64,000 nt of DNA, from the NCBI RefSeq assembly GCF_006345805.1, contig NC_043000.1, forward strand, positions 136,090,001-136,154,000. Direction: 5' to 3'. A program made the position numbers and the translations under genes. Below, piece after piece: positions 38,200-52,139 of the stretch; within the stretch, counting starts at the first letter, position 1, and the number at the start of each line of letters is the position of its first letter. This DNA is from Octopus sinensis. Taxonomy: Eukaryota. The notes beneath the pieces are model-generated. The model ran no database searches. It was not told the origin of the DNA and saw nothing but the letters and a program-made list of their open reading frames with translations.

Positions 38200-38450
38200 A
38201 ATACATTTAATACAAAAAATGTACGTAAGTATACCTATAAAAAAGTCCGCATTACACAGGATAGAAATGATATCAGGCATTATAGGGGTTGAGCAGGAGT
38301 TTTACAAGTCTGACAGCTGTTTCTGCAGCCTTGGTGGTCCAAAATAATAATTGCACTCATTAAACTCCTACTCAACCCCTTTAATACCTGATATCATTTA
38401 TATTCTATGTAAGTTGGAATTTTAAGTACATTTTTTGTATTAAATGTATT
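38200..38450. mobile_element. Foldback/MITE-like element with long imperfect TIRs
   Basis: aatacatttaatacaaaaaatgtac / gtacattttttgtattaaatgtatt (25 bp perfect), plus inner aaatgatatcaggcattataggggttgagcaggagttt / aaactcctactcaacccctttaatacctgatatcattt. Confidence 0.7.
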
Positions 38451-38579
38451 AAATATTTTTTGTGTATCGACTTGCTTAACTCGCTTGTCCTTACATTCAC
38501 TCCTCTACCAGCTCAAGTTTAAATCTCTTGAGTACTACGAAGTGTATTCTATACAGAGAATACCTGCCTCTAATCTATA

Positions 38580-38746
38580 TAAATATAAATGATGATATAT
38601 ATATATACATACACACATACATATACATACATATATATATACATATACAAATATGTATGTATATTATATATATGTATATATGTGTGTGTGTGAATATATA
38701 TATATATATGTATGTATGTGTGTGTATGTATGTATATATATATATG

Positions 38747-38778
<32 letters not shown>

Positions 38779-39428
38779 AATGTGAATATATAGAAATACA
38801 TATATATATATGTAATATATATATATATACATAAATATATATATAATAAATGGATAAATCAATAGATAGATAGATAAGTTTTATTTAACTATCTATCAAC
38901 ACACACACACACACGCACATACACATGCATTCACACACATACATACCCTCATACACAGACACATATGAATGCACATGTGCATATATATACACAGACACAG
39001 ATCTACCATTGTATTCTATAACTCCACCTTAAATGTACACACACACACCACACACACACACATACATGAACATATACACCTCACACCTGTACAAGTGGGC
39101 ACGTTCATCTCTACAATCAATCAGTCAATCAACCAGTCGGTCAATAACATTAAACAACTTCAATAAACAGAGTTCCAATGCAATGAAGCAAAGAAATTTA
39201 GGAAGTGAGAGGTGGGTATGTTTATAAATGTGGTAAGAAGCTTGCTTTTTTTTTTTTGTTAGTTTGTGCATGTGTGTATGCGTATGTGGTGTGAATATAT
39301 GTGTATGCTTCTTATATGCATGTATATGTTTGTTTGTATATATATATCTTTATGAATCTGTGTATAATGGAAGTGTATGTACATTGCAGTGTGTACATTA
39401 TATATATACAAATATACATATATATACA

Positions 39429-39492
<64 letters not shown>

Positions 39493-39502
39493 TGTATGTA
39501 TG

Positions 39503-39534
<32 letters not shown>

Positions 39535-40337
39535 ACATATGTATAATGCTACTTGTGTAGTTATGTATCGTGCCTGTATGTTTGTGTGTGATTTTGTAAG
39601 TGTATGTGTAGTAATAATCAGTGTTTTTCTATCTCTTTGGTATTTATGTGTCTATATGTATGTTTGCTTGTATGCTTGTATGTATTTATTTTTGTTTGTA
39701 TGTAGCGTGTATATGTTTCTGTACACACATATATGTATGAGTGTATGTGGGTAGTTCTGTATGTGTCTTTGTAAGGTGATTTATATATCACAGGTGCTAA
39801 GCAGACCGAAACGAAAGCTAAAATCAAAAACCAGAACTTGAAGTTTCTCACATAAGCCGGACTGATATCATAATTGGTGACAGATATAAATTCTTGACAG
39901 GTCAACAAATAGCAAGAGGATAGATGAGGTGAGAAAGGATGTAGAGGTGCTGGGTGGAGTGAATAATATTGTTTAAGGGTGAGGATGGTTTGGAAGTATG
40001 ATCAGTGGTAGGAAACTGAAACTTATTAAATCCTAGAAAAAATATAATTTAAAAATAGCAATGTTTACATGTATGCATATACTTATTTGAACACATACAT
40101 ATAAACATGTATGTGTTTGAATTGTGTGTGTATGTACGCTTATGTATATATATAAATAAACTGATGCAGAGATATAGACATATGAAAAGTGAAATATATT
40201 CATATGCATAGGTTTATAAGATTAGACTTACACTGTCATCTACACATAAGCCTCTAGCTTAAGAAGTAATGTAGACTCATAATATTTAAGTATATTTATG
40301 TAGATTTAAGTCATGCACATATGTATTTATTTATGTG

Positions 40338-40369
<32 letters not shown>

Positions 40370-40641
40370 TTATGTATGTAAGTATGTATATATGTGTGTA
40401 TGTATGTAGGTATGTAGGTATGTATATATATATGTATGTATGTATGTATATATGTATGTATGTATTATGTATGTATATATGTAAGTATTATGTATGTATG
40501 TATAATGTATGTATGTATTATGTATGTATTATGTATGTATATACGTATGTATAATGTATGTATGTATAATGTATGTATGTATGTATATATTATATATGTA
40601 TGTATGTATATATGTATGTATGTATTATGTATGTATGTATG

Positions 40642-40672
<31 letters not shown>

Positions 40673-40735
40673 GTATTATGTATATATGTATGTATGTATG
40701 TTTGTATGTATTATGTGTATATGTATGTATGTATT
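38580..40735. repeat. (TA)n/(TG)n fields and (TATG)n array (40320-40735)
   Basis: Direct reading. Confidence 0.9.
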
Positions 40736-41354
40736 CTTTGTTATTTAAACATTTTTTTCCTTTGCAGCATTCAAGCCAGTCATTAACGAAGTGGCAAGGT
40801 CTTTTGTTTAAGTCAAAATAGCTCACTTTTGACTTACTTTTATTAATTTTGTTGTTTCTAGTTGTTCTTAGTTGTCTGAATAAACTGTGTTTTCTCATTC
40901 TCTTGTGCTGTTTTTGAACAGGAAATCACGAACAGTGTTAAGGACGATCACAACATAGTTATCAAAGAAGGTAGTGCTGTGGTCACCATGCCCTAAGAAC
41001 ATTACAAAATCACTGCACCTCTACTTAGTGTTAACACATACAATGTAGAAGTAAATAATTACCAATAATCTAAGTTAATGAAGTAACTCATGGTCTTCAT
41101 CCAGCTGTTCCAAAATGACGCAATTGAAAAGAAAAGGGGCTATTTAATAAAATTTTAAATGCAAAACCTGCAAATTTTATGGACTTCCCAAAATCCACAT
41201 GAGTAAAACGATAAATGAGGCAAGCAGAGGATCAACCTCAATGCTTTTTAACTTACTACATTGCAAAGATCTCCCAGTTGATGTTAGTGGTATTTATAAA
41301 GATTTGAAATCTAAGTAAGTGGATTTAGTATTCCACTCTGTCATTTCACTAATT

Positions 41355-41738
<384 letters not shown>

Positions 41739-41764
41739 AATAACAACAACAACAATAATAGAAT

Positions 41765-43690
41765 CTCTAAATGCTTGAGATGTAAGAATTTCATGAGGCA
41801 TTTTCCAGAATGACACTATCACCATTTCTCTTTTGTCTCACCTTAATACCTGTCTCGAAATTGCTCAGTGATGCACAGTATAGTTATAAAATGTTTGATA
41901 AAAATATAAATCATCTCATTTACACAGATGATTTAAAGCTATTTACAAAACATGACCAGCAACTTAAGGGCTTACTAGCAATTGTTAAACAATTCAGTGA
42001 TGACATCAGGATGCAATTTGGCCTTGATAAATGTGCAAAAGCTACCTTTATCAAAGGAAACATGACAGAAACATCTAACATTAACCTTAACCAGCAGAAT
42101 GTCATAAAAGAGTTAGAACCAGCGGAAAGCTACAAATACCTAGGAGTAATTGAAGGGACAGAATCAAACATGCAGTGATGAGGGAAAGGATCAGAAGAGA
42201 ATGTTATCGCAGAGTATGAGCAATACTGAAGACAGAGCTGAATGCAAGAAACAGGATTGAAGCAATCAATGCTTTAGCCATACCAGCCATGACTTGCAGT
42301 TTCAATATAATTAACTGGTCAATTACTGACATGTGTAATCTTGACAGAAAAATATGAAAACTGTTGACAATGCATAGAATGCACCACCTTAAGGCAGACT
42401 TTACCTGTCAAGAAATGAGGGTGGCCTTGGACTTTTACAACTGGCAATAACAATGAAGATTGCCACAATTGGCCTGGACACCTACCTGAAAAACTCTGAG
42501 GACTTGATGTTAAAACTTGTCTCAAAACATGAAAACAAGAAAGCATTATACTCTGTAACAAAATAGGAAAAGGAATATATAAGTGAATTCCGAATACAAC
42601 AAATTCCAGAATTAGATGTACTAGAAACAAGCACAGAAAAAGCTAAGCACATGAAAACCCATTCTAAAACTCCTGCCTTAGATATTCTGACTGATAAATG
42701 GCAAGAAAAACCTCGCAAAGAGAGCGAATAATGCCGATGTTGACAAAGCCCTTACCCCTCAATGGCTAATGGCTTCTGGCTTAAAATCAGAAACAGAAGG
42801 GTTTATCATAGCAGCCCAAGATCAATGCCTACCTACAAGGAACTACCAGGCAACATATTAAAGAACGGCTGCTCCTCAATATGTTGTATATGTCAACAAC
42901 AAAATGAGACCATTGGTCATGCTGTCTACATGCGCAGTTTTCTTGCACCTACAAAGTATCTCAATAGGCCTGATAGAGCTGCACAATATATTCACTGGGT
43001 AATTTGCAAGAACCTGGACTCACCCCATGAAAAAAACTGGAGGGAACACAAACCACTCCCAGTGCTTAAAAATGATTACACCTCACTCCTCTGGAATTTC
43101 CTCATTCAAACTGACAGAAAGATAGATCCATATAGGCCAGACATCATATTAAAAGACTTCAGACAAAAATCATGCCTCCTCATTAATATGACTGTCCCAA
43201 TCGATATAAGCATATCTGTCAAGACCAACCAAAAACTGAGCAAGTATAAAGATCTTGAAATAGAAATTAGCAAAATGTGGAACCTAAAGACTAAAACAAT
43301 ACCTGTTGTCATAAGTGCTCTTGGAATGATAGCAAAAGGGGCTGATTGCTACCTAGCTCAGATACCAGGAAACCCCAAAATGGCAGAAATTCAAAAGATA
43401 GTGCTCATGAGAACTGACCATATACTATGTAAAATACTTTCTATGTAATCTCAAATTTTAAAACAAACATAATTTTCTTGTGTTTTCTTAAACATTCTCT
43501 AGAACAACACTATGTACAAAACCAAATATATGACACCCTAGGCATAACACCAACATGAACTTCTAATTTGTTATCTCTTGAGGTCTCTGGGTGAGACTTG
43601 GAGCCAACTTGTACAAATGCAAAGCAAAAGTCAAACATAAAATAATAATAATAATATTAATAATAATGATGATCATGATAATGATGATTT
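41765..43690 (+). mobile_element. 5'-truncated, decayed R4/Dong-clade LINE (RT + zinc knuckle + restriction-like endonuclease)
   Basis: RT motifs GIFQND..LSPFLFCL, HLIYTDDLKLF, FGLDKCAK, YKYLG; C-terminus CCICQQQNETIGH, RPDIILKD, KLSKYKDL, IPVVISALG; multiple stops and frameshifts; 3' UTR followed by (aat)n at ~43642. Confidence 0.9.
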
Positions 43691-44519
43691 CAAATTTTGT
43701 ACCCCTATGAAAGGAATGAGCTGCTAGCAGATGAACAGAAGGGCTGCAAGAAAGAATCAAGTGGATCAGTTGCTGAAAGATAAGGCATGTTGATTCCATA
43801 TAAGAAATAGCAAATAAAATTTCTAATATACAGGTAAACATCGAAATCTTAAAATCAGGATTGAGCTGCTTTCTTAGAATTTCCAAAATAATAGCATCTA
43901 TCAATATGGGATTAAAAGTCGATAAAGGAGTGTATAAACACTTTCATGACAACTTAGTAATCCAAGTGAACAAATTACAAATGTTTGAGTCAGTATGATG
44001 CTTCAAATAGGGATAAACTATTTAATTATGCAGATAATTATAAAATCATTAATATGCTTCTGTTTGTCACATCAAGTCAAAAGCCATGCTGGAAGAGATT
44101 ATGTAACATTATTTAATCTATTCTTTAGATATGATATCCTGGTTTGTTTTCTTTACTCTCCATATCCAACAAGTTTGATATGTAGATTTCTCCAATTGTT
44201 TTCTAGTAAAGAGAAATACCAAAAATATTAAACAATAAAATAGCAATCTGTGAATGATACTTAATGTATTTACACCAATGAAAAGCATGATGTGGTTTTT
44301 GCTTGAGAGAAAATCTCTTCATAAATATATTGTTTCAAAAGCACAGTGTGCATCAGAACAGTGAACATTATAGCAGTAACTTACAAGAATATCATGCATT
44401 TAAGCCTTCTTGGCCCTAATCAATGATGCATTTTTTCTACTGCTGTATTGGAAACAGTGAATAATGCATTCACTGATATTGTGGAAAGCTTGCCAGACTG
44501 TAATATATTATGTGTATGT

Positions 44520-44820
44520 TTGTTCCTTCTAAAGCCATGCCTGGCTCATAAGGGCCGGTTTCCCGGTTTCCTTGGCGTATAGGTTCCCCACCTGGACAGG
44601 ACGCCGGTTCATCGCAGGTGAGCTGCAAGATGCAGGAGGAAAGAGTGAGAGAAAGTTGTGGCGAAAGAGTCAGCAGAAGTTTGCCATTCCCTTCTGCCAG
44701 AGCCACGTGGAGCTTAGGTGTTTTGCTCATAAACACACACATAGCCCGATCTGAGATTTGAACCGGCGATCCCTCAACCGCGAGTCCACTGCTCTAACCA
44801 CTAGGCCATGTGCCTCCACA
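44520..44820 (-). mobile_element. SINE-C (tail type 3)
   Basis: Reverse complement of the 18176 copy; aatatatt flanks both sides. Confidence 0.85.
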
Positions 44821-46076
44821 ATATATTCAGTGCATGCAATTGCTGTTATGCACACAGACATTCCAGACTGGATTCAGAGAAGGACCACTTAGTTGACCGT
44901 CACACTATCACTAATGTTCACTCTTTAGTTTCTGTCTCATAGGTGTGCTGTCTCTTCTCTCTGTCTTTTCTATTACTACTATAATGGTTTCTGCTCCTTG
45001 GCGCTTGGCTGATCTTGTACCTCCAGCACTTAGGTGTCTTTGACTACCTTGTCTCTCCACCTCTCATCATTTTTATTTCGTCCAACCCATCTTTCCCTGC
45101 ACTAGCCAATTCTTGTCTAGAGCGTTATCTCTCTGGAATCTTCTCCCTGCTCATATCTTTACTATGACTATTGATCTGCAACAATTTAAATGGAACATTA
45201 ACAAAATCTAATAGCAACATATTTTGGATTGCAAACTGTATTGTTTCCCTTTACCCTATATTTTGTAAACCATGTTTTGTGTTGTTTAGCCTCTGTTTTT
45301 CATCACTTGTTATATTTATCATGTACACATATACACATTTTTCAGAATGTGAAGCAACTCACAAAACATCATTTTATGCATGGTTTCAACATTCTGTTTC
45401 CTTGTCCACTAACAAGTAGTACAATGTTTGTGTCTACAAGAATTGAGAAAACTAAATTTGAGCCCATTCAGTATAAAATAAACCTATTGTAAAAAGTTCT
45501 CTGTAAGGAAGAAAAAAAAAAATTAATGTGAAGAGACATGACATTACTAGAAGACAAAAAAAAAAAATAAAGATAAAAACCCCAAAGAATAATTTGCAAG
45601 TATGCAAATAAAGCTGGTGAAACAAATAACTTGATATAAAAATGACAAAATCAAAGAGCATTACTGAAATACAATTGATAGAGAAATTTCAAAGGATAAA
45701 CAAGAAAATTTGAAAAATACAAACAAGGGTAATAAAAGTAAGTTTTAAAAGAGCAAAATAAAAAAATAACATTGAGAATTCGACTGAAGAAAACATATAT
45801 TGAAAAGATGGCTTTAAAAAGGAATAATGGTGTATTTCTTGAGAAGAAAAAAAAAAAAGAAATGAAAAAGAAATGAAAGAAAGAAATGGAGTAGATAGAA
45901 ATATTGGTTTCAAATTTTAGCACAAGATTTATTAACCCTAGGAAGATGAAAAGCAAAGTCGACCTTGGTGGTATTTGAACTCAGAACTCGTTAAGCATTT
46001 TATCCAGCATGCTAATGATTCTGCTAACCTGTGGCATTATGAGGACACAGAAACACTACAAAACAACCACTTATTA

Positions 46077-46397
46077 CACATAAACGATAAACGTCTCTCT
46101 TTTCAAGCCTAGCCAGGCTCATGGGCCCGGTTTCCTGGTTTCTGTGGCGTATGTATTCCCCCCAGCTGGACAGGACACCAGTCCATCACAGCGTTACTAA
46201 AGAAACAGGAAGAGAGAGTGAGAGAAAGTTGTGGTGAAAGAGTACAACAGGGGTTACCACCACCCTCTGCCAGAGCCTCGTGGAGCTTTTAGGTGTTTTC
46301 CCTCAATAAACACACACAACACCTGGTCTGGGAATTGAAACCGTGATCCTCTGACCACGAGTCTGCTGCCCTAACCACTGGTCCATTGCGCCTCCAC
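46077..46397 (-). mobile_element. SINE-C (tail type 2) with TSD
   Basis: acttatta at 46069-46076 and 46398-46405. Confidence 0.85.
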
Positions 46398-46496
46398 ACT
46401 TATTAAGCATAATAAAGATAAAATGGTTAAAATGAGCAATAAATTGAGGGTATCAGATTAGTGTAAAACATTATTGTTTGCTCATTTATTTATCTA

Positions 46497-46831
46497 CTAG
46501 CAGCATAGCCCAGCGTTGCCCGGGTATGTAAGAACCCCTAGTAGGCAACGACTTGCAGCTGCAGCTGTGATTAGCAGAAGTATGCTAAGGTTATGTTGTC
46601 TGGTCATGTTTTCTCTCGTTGACTGCTTGAAGTGGCAGAATTTATAAATTTTTTTCAGAACTGGGGGAACTTTTCAAAATTTTCGCTACGTTAGTTTTGA
46701 ATTATGACATTGGGCTATGTGTGTGTCAAGTTTCATCAGAATCGGTTGAAAGCCGTGGTCAGGGTGAGGGTACAACCTGACAGACACACAGACACACAGA
46801 CAGACAACCTGCCTTTTATATATTGAGAAGA
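46497..46831 (-). mobile_element. Complete non-autonomous Helitron (335 bp)
   Basis: On minus: A|TCttctcaatatataaaaggc ... GC-rich hairpin-like cccgggcaacgctggg, 8 nt, CTAG|T. Inserted between A and T with no TSD, as is established for Helitrons. Confidence 0.85.
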
Positions 46832-47210
46832 TTTACTGATTCTAGAGAAAAGTGGATCGGCAGGATTGGTAAAGTATCATATAATTAACCCTTGCAATAA
46901 ACTAAATTTAATAGTTCAGAGAAAATACTTTTCGTTGGTAATCATGGTAAACCTTAATCAATGGAGTTCTTTTATTGATATTTATCATTTCATTCTGTTT
47001 CTTTGCTTTGCTTTCTGTACTTATGCTTTCATAATTGGTGCTGCATAAACCCCAATAGTATTTTGCAATCTATTCTTGTAATGTCCCTGTATCTGTCACC
47101 CTTGTGACAAATAAAAGCATAATTCTTGTTGTATGTTATCACTAGTCAAAAGAAATCAATATTGTTATAATTATTGCTAAAAGAAACTGTCATTATTTCT
47201 TCTTTTCCTT

Positions 47211-47609
47211 TCTTTTACTTGTTTCAGTCATTTGACTGCGGCCATGCTGGAGCACCACATTTAGTCAAGCAGATCGACCCCGGGACTTATTCTTTGTAAG
47301 CCCAGTACTTATTCTATCAGTCTCTTTTTGCCGAACCGCTAAGTGACGGGGACGTAAACACACCAGCATTGGTTGTCAAGCAATGCTAGGGGGACAAACA
47401 TAGACACACAAACACACACACATACATATATATATATACATATATACGACAGGCTTCTTTCAGTTTCCGTCTACCAAATCCACTCACAAGGCATTGGTCG
47501 GCCCGGGGCTATAGCAGAAGACACTTGGCCAAGATGTCACGCAGTGGGACTGAACCCGGAACCCTGTGGTTGGTTAGCAAGCTACTTACCACACAGTCAC
47601 TCCTGCGCC
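47211..47609 (-). mobile_element. SINE-A
   Basis: Same diagnostic blocks. Confidence 0.9.
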
Positions 47610-47714
47610 TATGTGATTTTGTTTTCATTCTCTGGTAAAGCAATTTTACATTTTTACTAGTTTCTTTAGTTAAAACATGAATTTTACCGAGTTAATAAGA
47701 GAGCCTCTATAAGG

Positions 47715-47900
47715 TTGCTTAACCTGCTAGAAATAGCAGCAAAGTCTACCTCAAGCCCTCACACTTCTGTCTTAAAAGGGAAAGGATACTCTAAATAATA
47801 TTCCTGAATGTCTCTAAAATGATAGGATGGTCATAGTTGAAATACCTTTTATCATAGGTCTGTTTGATGAGGTTTGACTTGGGACTAGTCAACAACAACA
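47715..47900 (+). mobile_element. Old dispersed repeat tail (related pieces at ~19945, ~51150-51285 minus, and the 108-bp satellite)
   Basis: aacctgctagaaatagcagc...gataggatggtcatagttgaaataccttttatcataggtc...(aac)n. Confidence 0.6.
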
Positions 47901-48000
47901 TAAATGTGACTACTTCCTCTTCCCTCTCTTCAGTACACACTCCTCCTCAAAATATTTGTTAGGTTTATATCTAACACACACACACATATATATATATACA

Positions 48001-48405
48001 GGCGCAGGAGTGGCTGTGTGGTAAGTAGCTTGTTTACCAACCACATGGTTCCAGGTCCAGTCCCACTGTGTGGCACCTTGGGCAAGTGTCTTCTACTATA
48101 GCCTTGGACCGACCAAAGCCTTGTGAGTGGATTTGGTTGACGGAAATTGAAAGAAGCCCGTTGTATATATGTATATATATATATATATGGTGTGTGTGTT
48201 TGTGTGTCTGTGTTTGTCTCCCTAGCATTCCTTGACAACCGATGCTGGTGTGTTTATGTCCCTGTTACTTAGCGGTTTGGCAAAAAGAGACCGATAGAAT
48301 AAGTACTGGGCTTACAAAAAAGAACAAGTCCCGGGGTCGAGTTGCTTGATTAAAGGCGGTGCTCCAGCATGGCCGCAGTCAAATGACTGAAACAAGTAAA
48401 AGAGT
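48001..48405 (+). mobile_element. SINE-A
   Basis: Same diagnostic blocks. Confidence 0.9.
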
Positions 48406-48454
48406 ATATACACACATACACACACACACACACACAGAATATATATATGCACAC

Positions 48455-48830
48455 AGAGAAGTGGTAGGCAGGTGAACCAGAGGCAGACCTCGGTTTGTGT
48501 GGATGGATGGAGTGAGGAAAGCTTTGGTGGTTAGAGGTGCTGGAGTGAGTGAGGCAAGAGAGTTTATTAATGATAAGAAAGCTTGGAGAGTGTTTATGGA
48601 TGGATGAGTGAACTGATGTCGCTCAAAGGGGTATGGAACCAGCATGATGTGGTGGGGGTAAACCAACATATGCTGACGGACCCCGCTGCTGATATCGGGA
48701 GTTGTGTTCTTATGCCTTGACCTGAACATAGGGCAGGGCTTGCCTCTTTGAGTAGGAAAATGAATGGAATGCCTGGTGTATGTCTTGTTGTGGATACCCC
48801 CTCCTATGGGGAATAGGCCTTTGTAAGTAA
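48455..48830 (+). mobile_element. RTE-type LINE 3' fragment
   Basis: TRGRPRFVWMDGVRKALVVRGAGVSEAREFINDKKAWRVFMDG*, a typical RT C-terminal GRP..W.D.V....DR..WR motif, followed by UTR. Confidence 0.7.
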
Positions 48831-48862
48831 AAAAATAAATAAATACATATATACATATATAT

Positions 48863-49052
48863 GCGCAGGAGTGGCTGTGTGGTAAGTAGCTTGCTAACCA
48901 ACCACATTGTTCCAGGTTCAGTCCCACTGCGTGGCATCTTGGGCAAGTATCTTCTGCTGTAGCCCCGGGCCGACCAATGCCTTGTGAGTGGATTTGGTAG
49001 ACGGAAACTGAAAGAAGCCTGTCGTATATATGTATATATATGTATATGTGTG

Positions 49053-49083
<31 letters not shown>

Positions 49084-49280
49084 TTGTCCCCCTAGCATTG
49101 CTTGACAACCGATGCTGGTGTGTTTACGTCCCCGTCACTTAGCGGTTCGGCAAAAGAGACTGATAGAATAAGTACTGGGCTTACAAATAATAAGTTCCGG
49201 GGTCGATTTGCTCGACTAAAGGCGGTGCTCCAGCATGGCCGCAGTCAAATGACTGAAACAAGTAAAAGAGTAAAAAGAGA
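48863..49280 (+). mobile_element. SINE-A
   Basis: Near-consensus copy. Confidence 0.9.
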
Positions 49281-49876
49281 GATATACATACATGCATGTG
49301 TATGCACACACACACACATACACAAAATCACACACAAACAAACACAGATAAAACCATTCTCCATGTTCATATGCTTATATTGGAAATATTTTTTGCTTTA
49401 TATTTTTTAATAGTCTTTTTCAAGAATTCATTTCTACTTCTTTCTAATTTGGGTTTTAAGTGTGTTTCTTTATACAACTAAGTGGGAAATAATAAGTATT
49501 CTAAAAATAAACAAGGAGTCTTCAACAAAGCTAAAAGCTTTCTTAATATGCTAAGCTATTCATAGAATAAAATAAGCCAGGATATACATTTTTTTTCCTT
49601 TACTTCTACTATGCATTAGCATGTCTGTTATATTTGTAGTTTCTCTTTGCTTTGTACTGAGTATCAAACTGAGCAGTGTTAGAAAATTTATAGTATCTGG
49701 TTCTTTACCGGATATTTAGAGTTCAATTTCCATCTGTTTTGAAACTTCCTCTCACTTTCTTAGTTGTTGTTTTTTAGTACCAAGGCTGTCTTGATTATGC
49801 TGATCATTGATCAAAGACATCTCAGCAGTGACTGTCATGTTGTAGGACTACATTGTCCATTGCCTTACTGTCACTT

Positions 49877-50226
49877 GTGCCAGTGTGCAGGTGGCACATA
49901 AAAAAAAAAAAACAATGTTTTCGTGGCCATTGCCAGTACCTTCTGACTGGCCCTCGTGCCGGTGGCACATAAAAAAAAACAACATTTGAGCGTGGTCGTT
50001 GCCAGTACCGCCTAACTGGCCCTCGTGCCGGTGGCACATAAAAGCACCCACTACACTTTCGGAGTGGTTGGCATTAGGAAGGGCATCCAGCTGTAGAAAC
50101 TCTACCAGATCAAGATTGGAGCCTGGTGCAGCCATCTGGTTCACCAGTCATCAGTCAAATCATCCAACCTATGCTAGCATGGAAAGCGGACATTAAACGA
50201 TGATGATGATGATGATGATAATGATG
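49877..50226 (+). mobile_element. SINE-D
   Basis: Three monomers, ggagtggttggcattaggaagggcatcc, (gat)n. Confidence 0.85.
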
Positions 50227-50585
50227 AATTATTTTAAAAAATAGCAAAGGAAGAAGTGAATTTAGTTTTAAAAATTCAAGTGTACATGATAATTTATAAT
50301 AATCATCATCGTCATTGTCATCATCATCATCATCATCTGCAGCATAGTTGTTTATAGAGTTATCTCAATAGATTTTCTATTGATATTGTATTCACCAGTG
50401 TTTTGTATATGAACATGTCTATGCACACAATGTGACTGAAGATAGAAAAATAGGTAATAGGTGTATATACATATTTCAGGAATTCTTGTTCCTTCTTCAG
50501 AACCAAATAATGATGTTGTCAGAACCATCGTCGCTGGCATCATCATCATCATCATCATCACTCTCATTGTCACCATTGTTACCCA

Positions 50586-50835
50586 TTAAACTCTTTGTGC
50601 GTTAGCTCTTTAGTATTCAGCTTATTCTTTTAAATGTAATTCTAATTTAGTTCCATTGTTTTCAGTTTATCATGCGCTATCTCAAAGCTTCAAGATTTCA
50701 ATATGTAATGGTTTATTCTTAGAATGACATTGTAAGATAGGTGTGAGAAGCCAGATTTGACCAGTTTGAACATAAAGACAGGTATAATATTTGGATATTA
50801 TACCAGATATGGCTGTTTTAAATGCTAAGGGTTAA
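50586..50835. mobile_element. TTAA-flanked MITE, second copy
   Basis: ttaa...gggttaa; reverse-complement similarity to 4810-5040. Confidence 0.55.
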
Positions 50836-52139
50836 GCTTGTCTCTATTCATTAAGGATGTTAACTCTTTTCAATTTGATACCCTTCCTTTTGTTTAGTAC
50901 AATGATTTCCTCTGGGAGTCCCTGTACTATAATGGTAATCTTGGTGAGACTTGAACTTAGAAGGTACAGAATCAGACTAGTGACTATAATCTGTCTGTCT
51001 AATGTTCTAACAATGCTGTCATTCGGTCAATCGCTGCCCTGCATTGGTACTTTATTCATTGACCTGAAAAAAGGAAAAATAGAATTGCCCTTCGTGGAAA
51101 TTGAGCTCACCGTGCAGAGATGTAGAACATATACCCATAAGATATTATCCAATGCTTTTATAACATTGACGTTTTGTACACTTAAGACAACAATGTCCAT
51201 TAAATTCTTCTTTTTAAATATGTAGGTTGAGTTTTGAGAGGTATTTGACTGCTACTTCTTGCAGGTTGATCGACGATGTAGATACTTCCTTGTTGCCTTC
51301 TCACTCAATTGCTTGTTAAAATAAAGTGACTGAAATTTGCTGGTTTTATATTCAATTACCTACTTCCCAATCCCTTAAAGAAATCATGATCACTGTACAT
51401 TGAAAATAAACAAATAAATGTATAAATAAATAAATAAGTAATGTCTTATATTGGCCCAAAGCCATGAATTTATAGTATGGTTGATTGAATCAATGATAGT
51501 ATGTTATTGGAACTTATCAAACCCCAGAGGGAGGAAAAGCAAGGTGAATCCCAATGGTATTTGATTTAGAATATTATGATGAATTTCATCTGCTGCACTA
51601 CAATATAAGTCAGTTCAATGCCTTGGAAATGAATGGACAATAAAGAAAAGAGATCGGTAATGTTTAAATACTGTTTGAATGGCACATGGAAAGGAAAATT
51701 CCTTCACATCAATTACACATGCTTCATTGTGTCTTATTGTATACATGCAACTCTATAATCCTGTACAGAAGATGTATGCAAATAGTTGTCATTTAACCAA
51801 TTAAATGATGAATAAAAATCCTCCACTTTTGTCAATGATGAGATAATGATAATAACAATTATTACGGTAATGACAACAATAATAATGACAATAAGGAAGA
51901 GGAGGATAACGAGAAGGAGAATGCTAATGATGATGGATAGTCATGGGGAGCTTTAACATAAGCTCTAGCCACAAATCTTCGCATATTATGAGAGGGGTTG
52001 ATTGAGAATACAAGAACCCCCACTAAACAGACCACTAGGCCATCATAGTATTTACCTCCACTCAGTAGTATACCACTGATATCCATTTTCAGCTGGGTGT
52101 ACTGGAACAATTTGAAATTAAGGGGCAGATCCAAGAATC

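Noticed and set aside
45171-45250. CNNLNGTLTKSNSNIFWIA, C-type-lectin-like wording on plus
   Set aside because: An in-frame stop lies immediately upstream with no acceptor; there is no supporting context.
45363-45433. Strong acceptor and donor pair on minus (71 nt)
   Set aside because: All three frames contain stops; at best a non-coding exon, and it shows such sites arise by chance here.
50857-51225. 122-aa ORF and nearby strong splice-like sites
   Set aside because: It overlaps an old SINE-B-like head and the dispersed repeat related to 47715; the implied intron would be only 47 nt.
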